Below, one piece after another: positions 57,559-64,000 of a stretch of DNA of 64,000 nucleotides. Origin of the DNA: Candidatus Aenigmatarchaeota archaeon (lineage in GTDB: Archaea > Aenigmatarchaeota > Aenigmatarchaeia > QMZP01 > QMZT01); assembly GCA_963726265.1 (NCBI GenBank), contig CAVSBQ010000002.1:544001-608000 (forward strand). Reading direction: 5' to 3'. The notes beneath the pieces were generated by a model, which was not told where the DNA came from, ran no database searches, and saw only the letters and a list, made by a program, of their open reading frames with translations. Numbering within the stretch: the stretch's first letter is position 1; each line of letters starts with the position of its first letter. The translations under genes were made by a program, and so were the position numbers.

Positions 57559-58491
57559 ATGTTTGACTCCAGGAGGAATTCGGAAATTTTGAAGATGTTA
57601 AGAGGCGGAAGTGTTAAAAGGGTCCTTGTGCAGGTGCCAGAAGGCCTGAAGAATGGTGTGCAGAAGCTGGCCGATTTTCTTGAAGCGAACGCCATCGAAA
57701 CACTCATTTCGGTAGAGCCGTGCTTCGGCGCATGCGACCTGCGTGACATAGAAGCGAAGGCGCTCGGCTGCGACGCGCTGCTGCATGTGGGGCATGCCGG
57801 CATGGAAATCAAAGCCGCTGTCCCGGTGTTTTATTACGAATATTATATCGATTACGATTTCGTGCCGCTTTTGAAAATGCTCATGAAGCAGGTGAGATTC
57901 CGTAAAATATGCCTCGTCAGCACCGTGCAGTTTCTGAAGAGCCTTGAAAGCGCCGGGAAGTTCCTGAAAAAAAACGGCTTCACGGTTTACATTGGCAGGA
58001 GTGTTTTGGGCTGCGATGTTTCCGGAGCCATGAGATTTGAGCGAATGGTCGAATGCTACCTTTTCATCGGTTCCGGAAGATTCCACCCGCTTAGCCTCCA
58101 GGAAAAAACCGGAAAGCCAGTCCTCTTCCTCGACATCGAGAAGCGCACGCTGGAAGACCTTTCGGAAGAGAATGATGGGATGAAAATCAGAAGGGGGTTG
58201 AGAATCGAAAAGGCGGCCGGCATGAAGGTTTTCGGCATCCTTGTATCCACAAAACCCGGCCAGATCAGACTTAAAAAGGCGCTTGAACTAAAAAAGAAAC
58301 TGCTGAATGCTGGCAAAATCGCTTACATCCTTGCCGGCGATTGTTTTACGGCCGAAAAGCTCCTTGGCATAAAAACGGACGTGCTTGTCAATACGGCATG
58401 CCCTAGGCTTAGGGAGGACTATGAACATTTCAATAAAGTCATATTGAGCATGGAAGAAGTTGATGCCTTGATTGAAATTATAAAGAGATAA
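57559..58491 (+). CDS. dph2: Diphthamide biosynthesis enzyme Dph2
   Basis: QVPEGLK, CFGACD, VLGC, GSGRFH, KPGQ, TACPR (three Fe-S Cys). Confidence 0.92.
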   Translation: MFDSRRNSEILKMLRGGSVKRVLVQVPEGLKNGVQKLADFLEANAIETLISVEPCFGACDLRDIEAKALGCDALLHVGHAGMEIKAAVPVFYYEYYIDYDFVPLLKMLMKQVRFRKICLVSTVQFLKSLESAGKFLKKNGFTVYIGRSVLGCDVSGAMRFERMVECYLFIGSGRFHPLSLQEKTGKPVLFLDIEKRTLEDLSEENDGMKIRRGLRIEKAAGMKVFGILVSTKPGQIRLKKALELKKKLLNAGKIAYILAGDCFTAEKLLGIKTDVLVNTACPRLREDYEHFNKVILSMEEVDALIEIIKR

Positions 58492-58501
58492 AATCTGGCA
58501 G

Positions 58502-59671
58502 CTATTTTTTCTTCTTTTCAGCCATCTTCTTGTGGTAATCGTCTACCCATTTTTCAGTCGCTTTCGCCGCCTTCGCATCGTTGCCTACGCCGGATGTGTT
58601 GCCCACGCCGACGATGATGATCTTCTCGCCTTTTTTTGTCCTTCTTATCGCTTCGTTGACTCTTTCTACAACCTTCGGTACAGCGTCTTTTACGTCCTTC
58701 ATCATCGGCATTATCGCCTCTTCCGACCTCATCTTCACAATCACAGAATCAAGCGGTACATTGGCCCTGACCGCGACATCCTCTATGTATGAGCGCTCGA
58801 CTCCTGGCCCGCCCATCGCAACTCCGACGCCTTCCGCTATCGAGCCTGTCTTCTCGCCTTCGAGTTTCGCTGCCGCGTCGATGGTTATGATTTTTGCAAC
58901 CTTATGCGTCTTCATGATTTTTTCGACAGCCCTGCCCGGTCGCCCAAGGCGCCCGCCTGGGCCTCTCGCCTTCATGACGAAACAATGCCTTCCTTCGATT
59001 ACGACCTCCGACATCAGGATGTCTTCCTCGATTTCCTTCGCCTTTTTGCCTCCCATCATGGTCGCTATGACAAGTGGTCCAAGCCCATCGCCGACCGGCT
59101 CGCCTCTCGCCAGCGCTTTCGTTCCCTCGTAAATCGATTTTGCTATGCGCTCGACGAGAGGGAGCTGCATCTGGATAATGAGAGCGATCTGGTAGGATTT
59201 CGTCTGTTTTATGAGCTCCACATAATGCCTTATTATTTTTGCTATGGTGTACATCTCTATACCGCCGGCGAGACCCATTTCTGTGTTGGCCTTCTGCTCC
59301 TCGTCCATGTGCGGAGCGACCTGATTGACGAAGTAATGGAAGCGCTCTTTTTCGTTCTGCACGATCAGGTCAAATTTCTTTACAATCCCATATGGGTCGA
59401 GCGAAACGGGCGATATCACGAAAAACTCGAAGAAGTTTGAAACCGAATCCTTAAGCTTCCTGTCCGGCTTCTTCGATATCTGGCCGAGCATGAATTTTTT
59501 GGTATCCGCCGCCATCTCCTCTAGCTCTTCTGCCGTGCTCTCCAGCTTCATTAATATCTGCTGGAGCATCAGCCTCGGATAAAAAAAGAAGAATACCCCG
59601 AATAATACTAATGAAAAAATCAGCGAGAGCCAGTTATCGCCTGCACCTATGAGCTGGGAGAAAATATCCAT
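58502..59671 (-). CDS. DUF1512 family protein
   Basis: PVSLDPYG, PVGDGLGP, IDAAAKLEGE, IVGVGNT. Confidence 0.85.
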   Translation of the reverse strand: MDIFSQLIGAGDNWLSLIFSLVLFGVFFFFYPRLMLQQILMKLESTAEELEEMAADTKKFMLGQISKKPDRKLKDSVSNFFEFFVISPVSLDPYGIVKKFDLIVQNEKERFHYFVNQVAPHMDEEQKANTEMGLAGGIEMYTIAKIIRHYVELIKQTKSYQIALIIQMQLPLVERIAKSIYEGTKALARGEPVGDGLGPLVIATMMGGKKAKEIEEDILMSEVVIEGRHCFVMKARGPGGRLGRPGRAVEKIMKTHKVAKIITIDAAAKLEGEKTGSIAEGVGVAMGGPGVERSYIEDVAVRANVPLDSVIVKMRSEEAIMPMMKDVKDAVPKVVERVNEAIRRTKKGEKIIIVGVGNTSGVGNDAKAAKATEKWVDDYHKKMAEKKKK

Positions 59672-59760
59672 ACCCTATCTTTTAGCTAGTATATATTTAT
59701 AGTTTTTTCTCTGGTTGACAATTTAAATATTCTGGCCGAATAGTTAAATATGGTGATGCG

Positions 59761-60300
59761 ATGAAAAGGGTGGTTGCTGTATTGATTGTGGCGCTTCTGC
59801 TGTCAATAACCATGGCGCAGGGCGTCAGGGCAGAAGGGCTGCTGTCTGATTTTTTTGGCATGATAAAAAGCTGGTTCGAGTCCTCGCCGCTGGGCAACAT
59901 CTTCAATGCGCCAGTGAAAAGGACTGAAACCATAAAGCTCGGCTTTTACCCCGAGAGCTTCGAGTTCAATGCCGCCGAGCCGGTTAACATGAGCACCAAC
60001 TCAAGCGAAATATCCAACTTCAAGGGTAGTGTCAGCGTAGACATGAAAAACAAGGTCGTTGTCATGCAGGAAACCGGAACTAGCCTCTTGATAAAGGAAT
60101 CGCTTGGAACTATAAGCGTGAATGGGCTGAAACTCACTTCGCTGGAACTCAAGGACATGAAGCTCGTCCTGACAACCGGCAACTGGAACGAGACCACAGA
60201 AAAGGGCTCTGTTTCGCTGAATGATTTCCTTGGAACCGGAACCATAAAAGACGGGCTCATAGAAATCGAGGGCAATGTTTCAAGGGTAGTCAAGGGCTGA
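59761..60300 (+). CDS. Hypothetical secreted beta-rich protein
   Basis: Signal peptide MKRVVAVLIVALLLS; GGTGA RBS upstream; several N-x-S/T sequons. Confidence 0.7.
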   Translation: MKRVVAVLIVALLLSITMAQGVRAEGLLSDFFGMIKSWFESSPLGNIFNAPVKRTETIKLGFYPESFEFNAAEPVNMSTNSSEISNFKGSVSVDMKNKVVVMQETGTSLLIKESLGTISVNGLKLTSLELKDMKLVLTTGNWNETTEKGSVSLNDFLGTGTIKDGLIEIEGNVSRVVKG

Positions 60301-60327
60301 ATGCAAAACGTGCTTTTTGGCTTTCTT

Positions 60328-62151
60328 TTATTGCTTTTCTTTGGCGTGCTTTTCTCTGCTGACAAGAAATTCGACAACCTCGGCATACGCCGGCCTCGTG
60401 ACCAGGATGCCGACAAGAACGCCCACTATGGTCGTTATGGCGAAACCGCGGACGAAGCCTATGCCTACCGCCACGAGCGGGACCATGGCCGCTATTATGG
60501 TTGACGCCGAGCCGAAAATTATGAAGAATGCGCGCTTTATCTTGTCTTTCGTGGTGTAAAGTATCTTCTTTTCGTCACGCCTGCCGTAAAGCGTTTCATC
60601 GGCTATGACTATCATGCTGTCGACTCCTATGCCAAGCGTCGCTATTATGCCCGTGATGACCGGGAGATCGATGGTCCACGTGAGCAGGCCGAGCAGCGGT
60701 ATGAGTATTGCCCCTATCCACGCGGTCGGGTCTATCTCATATTTTTTCCACCATGCCATGCCAACAACTATCACGTTGAGCAAAAGCACGGGGCCCCATA
60801 TAAACCAGTCATTGTTTGCCGCTATGCCGAGGATTATGACGACCTCAGAAAAGCCGATCATGGCTATCGGAAGCGAAACCTTGAGCTTCCTGTATCTCAC
60901 GAATATGACTCCCATCACCACAACCGCGGCCAAGGCGCCTGCAATTGCTATCGAGCTGATGAAGCCGCTTCCCAGCGTCGGTGAAATTATGCCGACTGAA
61001 ACCGTTTCCAGGCTGACCGGCAGCGCGCCTGACCGCAATATGGTCTGCAGCTTGAGCTTTTCTTCCAGGGCGGTTTCTCTTGTCTCGCGCGAACCGGTTA
61101 TCTGCGGCGTCGTGTAGGCCTGACCGCCGAGGCTCGAAGCTATCCTCAGGTCCGAGACCAGCTGGTTGTCAAGGTAAAGTAAAATGCGCGAATCCTTCAG
61201 GTAATAGTCGCCGGAGTTCAGGTCTAGCTGCGACGGTATGCCCGAGGTTATCTTGGCGAACCTTGCGGCGCCTTTTTCCGAAACCGAGATGCCGAAATAG
61301 AACTCGAAGTAGTTGCTCGCCGGTATTATGCCGGAATGCTGCGCATCCGTGTAAACGAGCTCTATGTCATCGCCCTTGTAGGACGTGCCTAGGAAGACGA
61401 GCACGTCGCCCTGCGTGGCGTTGACGAACTCGAAGTCCACGTCGTCAAGCCTGAACGTCCCATTCACTGAAACGGTAAGGTTCGATATTTTTGCGGTTCC
61501 GTTGCCGAGGTATTCCACCTCGTATTTGTTCTCGCCTAGGTCGAACGTACCCTTGCCGCCTTTCAGGTAAACGGGCTTGCTTATTTTCGCCTCGAAGCTG
61601 CCCTGTTTGGAAAGCAGCGTATCGACAATCTCCCTTCCCACGCCGGCTGCCTCTATCTGCACGTAGTAGTCGCCGCCAAGACCCCTGACTGAGGTGAAGC
61701 GTATTTCCCGCAGGCCGTATATGTTGGCCCTTGTCTGAAGCGTTCCTATAATCTGTTCGAGCATCTGGGCGGAGGCGTTTTCCGTTGGCCTGAGTATTAT
61801 CCTGGTTCCGCCTTTCATGTCAAGGCCGAAATCGAGGTTCATCTTGTCGATGTCATTTACCTCTATGCCTATCCCGCTTTCATTAACGGAGAATTTGTAA
61901 TAGGCATTGTTCACCTTGAGCTTCATGTCGCCTTTGTAATCCATGACAAGACTGTTCCATTCTTCCGAGCTGTATATGGCCTTGCCGTTCGCTTCGGAAA
62001 TTATCATGCCGTTCTGCAGCTGACCCTTCGCTGGCGAATTGTCATAGATGTATACTATCTGGACACCGGTATACTGCGGCTTGAGGCCTATGGCTAAAAG
62101 GCTCGCGCAGACCATTATCACCAGCAGCAGCAGTCTCCAGTATTTCAGCAT
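60328..62151 (-). CDS. secD: Protein translocase subunit SecD
   Basis: FGLDMKGG, RANIYGL, LRSGALPV, ISPTLG, GIGVD, RGFA, TRPAY; TAATG overlap with secF. Confidence 0.9.
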   Translation of the reverse strand: MLKYWRLLLLVIMVCASLLAIGLKPQYTGVQIVYIYDNSPAKGQLQNGMIISEANGKAIYSSEEWNSLVMDYKGDMKLKVNNAYYKFSVNESGIGIEVNDIDKMNLDFGLDMKGGTRIILRPTENASAQMLEQIIGTLQTRANIYGLREIRFTSVRGLGGDYYVQIEAAGVGREIVDTLLSKQGSFEAKISKPVYLKGGKGTFDLGENKYEVEYLGNGTAKISNLTVSVNGTFRLDDVDFEFVNATQGDVLVFLGTSYKGDDIELVYTDAQHSGIIPASNYFEFYFGISVSEKGAARFAKITSGIPSQLDLNSGDYYLKDSRILLYLDNQLVSDLRIASSLGGQAYTTPQITGSRETRETALEEKLKLQTILRSGALPVSLETVSVGIISPTLGSGFISSIAIAGALAAVVVMGVIFVRYRKLKVSLPIAMIGFSEVVIILGIAANNDWFIWGPVLLLNVIVVGMAWWKKYEIDPTAWIGAILIPLLGLLTWTIDLPVITGIIATLGIGVDSMIVIADETLYGRRDEKKILYTTKDKIKRAFFIIFGSASTIIAAMVPLVAVGIGFVRGFAITTIVGVLVGILVTRPAYAEVVEFLVSREKHAKEKQ

Positions 62152-63011
62152 TATTTCATCCCTTTCTTTTCGCAATACCATCTCAGTATTATCACGTTCG
62201 TTATCCACGTGTTCATTATGTCGAAGAACAGGCCTATCATCAGCACGGTCGCTATCTGCGTTATGACCGGCGAAAGGCCCAGCAGCAAAAGCGGTGTCAG
62301 CGCGCCTATGGATGTCAGCGTCATTGTCAGGCCCGTTTTCATGGCATGCTTTATCTTCTCGTTGAGCGTGTGATCTTCGGTTTCCTTGAGCATCCTTGAC
62401 GTGAGCAGGATGTCCGTGTCGACGGAATAACCTATGAGCATGAGTATCGCAGCAAGGCCGGCCAGCGAAAGCTCTATGCCGAACAGCTGCATGAAGGCGA
62501 GCGTCATCAGGATGTCCCCGACGGCTGATATTATGATCGCCATTGACGGAACGACTGTCCGGAATATCACGAAAACGACTATCCCCATGAATATGAACGC
62601 CAGTAGCATCGCCAGCTGGGCCTGTGACCAGAAAGCCGCGCCGAGCGACGGGCCTATTGACTCGACGTCATTGCTGGCCGTGTTTATTCCCATGGCCTTT
62701 ATTTCCGCGATGATGTCTTCGGCTTTCATGTCAGCCGACGTTTCTATCACCGTTCCGTATCCCTTGAAACTCCGTATCTCCCTCACGTTTATCGGGCTGA
62801 ATTTGCTGCGCAGGTCGCTCTCTATTTTCGTTATGTCAAGCCTCTCCGGGGTGTTTATCGTTATTACCATTCCGCCCTTCATCTCTATCGAACGCTTGAA
62901 CATTTCACCCGTCTGCGCATACTGGCTGGCCAATATAGCTACGGATAACAAAAACATTGCGAGAGGAATGACGACCAAAATTCTGTAGTTGAAATTGAAG
63001 CTCATCTTCAT
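62151..63011 (-). CDS. secF: Protein translocase subunit SecF
   Basis: IEMKGG, IGPSLG, LIGYSVDTDILL, DIMNTW. Confidence 0.93.
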   Translation of the reverse strand: MKMSFNFNYRILVVIPLAMFLLSVAILASQYAQTGEMFKRSIEMKGGMVITINTPERLDITKIESDLRSKFSPINVREIRSFKGYGTVIETSADMKAEDIIAEIKAMGINTASNDVESIGPSLGAAFWSQAQLAMLLAFIFMGIVVFVIFRTVVPSMAIIISAVGDILMTLAFMQLFGIELSLAGLAAILMLIGYSVDTDILLTSRMLKETEDHTLNEKIKHAMKTGLTMTLTSIGALTPLLLLGLSPVITQIATVLMIGLFFDIMNTWITNVIILRWYCEKKGMK

Positions 63012-63073
63012 AATATCTTAACTATTTGAATCATGCTTTTATAAACAATTACGTGAAGCGCGTGAAAACGGAC

Positions 63074-64000
63074 ATGTTTGATGTCGTGGTAATCGGGGCA
63101 GGGCCGGTCGGTTTGTATACGGCGCACCTTCTTGAAAAAATGGGTTACAGAATCCTCGTGGTAGAGGAGGACTGGGAAATAGGAAAGCCGCTGAGATGCT
63201 CCGGCCTTATTTCCAGGAACGTGAAAAAATTCTTCCCGGACATAGAAAACTGGAGTGTCATCGAAAACAGAATCGATGCCGCAGTCTTCCACTCCAGAAG
63301 AAGCGAGCTCATCCTGAAGAAGGCTAAAGCTGCCTACGTGATAAACCGTGCGCTTTTCGACAAGAAAATATCGGAGCTGGTTAAGTCTGAAATACGGCTC
63401 GGCTGCAAGGCGAGAAAAATCCATGTCACTGATGGGCATGTGGAAATCGAGACAGATGAGGGCATTGTGAAATGCGATATGGTTGTGGCGTGCGACGGCC
63501 CAGGCTCACTGCTAAGGAAAGGCAGGACCATGAAGGGCCTTATAGCCATAACTAACAGGCGAGACGATGCCTCGCATGTCGACCTTTATTTCAACAAGAG
63601 GTCACTTGGCGACGGCTTTTTCTGGAGAATCCCGAGAGGCAGGACGACTGAATACGGCGTATGGGGCAGGCACGTGAAATTCTCCGACATTGAAAAATTC
63701 TTCGGGATAAAATCATATGAAAAATTCGCGGGTCTGATACCGATCGGCCCGGTGAAAAAAACCTATTCTGAAAGGGTTTTGATGATAGGCAGCTCGGCGG
63801 GACAAGTGAAACCATGGTCGGGCGGAGGCGTCATTTACGGCCTGACATGCGCTCAGCTTGCTGCGAAAACGATTGAGAAGGCATTCAGATCCAATGATTT
63901 CAGCGAGACCTTGCTCAGCGAATACGAAAGGCAGTGGAAGAAAAAAATAGGCAGGCAGATAAAGCTCGGCATGGTTTTCAGGAAGTTCCTGGAGGCGTCA
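63074..64000 (+). CDS. Geranylgeranyl reductase-like FAD-dependent oxidoreductase (3'-truncated, absent from the ORF track)
   Basis: Manual translation: MFDVVVIGAGPVG...GKPLRCSGLIS...INRALFD...ACDG...GSSAGQVKPWSGGG; runs off the window end. Confidence 0.85.
   Translation, partial: MFDVVVIGAGPVGLYTAHLLEKMGYRILVVEEDWEIGKPLRCSGLISRNVKKFFPDIENWSVIENRIDAAVFHSRRSELILKKAKAAYVINRALFDKKISELVKSEIRLGCKARKIHVTDGHVEIETDEGIVKCDMVVACDGPGSLLRKGRTMKGLIAITNRRDDASHVDLYFNKRSLGDGFFWRIPRGRTTEYGVWGRHVKFSDIEKFFGIKSYEKFAGLIPIGPVKKTYSERVLMIGSSAGQVKPWSGGGVIYGLTCAQLAAKTIEKAFRSNDFSETLLSEYERQWKKKIGRQIKLGMVFRKFLEAS

Noticed and set aside
1..64000. CRISPR arrays, tRNA/rRNA genes, transposases, integrases
   Set aside because: None recognised by eye; intergenic gaps are short. 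A tRNAscan/Infernal run would be needed to exclude small RNAs.

Overview
Gene-dense archaeal chromosomal window. Archaeal markers are rpoL, tfs, Sec11-type signal peptidase, dph2, secF-secD, DUF99, DUF1512 and an archaeosortase-family gene; a DPANN (Aenigmatarchaeota-like) origin is plausible but inferred. About 48 kb (3.4-51.9 kb) is one mosaic surface-glycosylation locus. It opens with a dolichol/polyprenol kinase, an exosortase/archaeosortase and a Wzx-type flippase. It encodes five nucleotidyltransferase domains, UDP-xylose synthase, dTDP/CDP-sugar enzymes with a sugar C-methyltransferase and an aminotransferase, and a complete GDP-heptose pathway. It also holds ten GT2/GT4 domains, two GT-C-like membrane proteins, four radical SAM enzymes (two B12-binding type), a Cys-less asparagine-synthase-like ligase paired with CapA, and a DUF362 protein. 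A 1370-aa secreted DUF2341/C25-like protein with an apparently dead catalytic site is embedded in it. AT-rich cassettes with breakpoints inside genes suggest repeated recombination. Housekeeping genes flank both sides. No rRNA, tRNA, CRISPR array or transposase was recognised. All family calls come from motif recognition by eye, not database searches.
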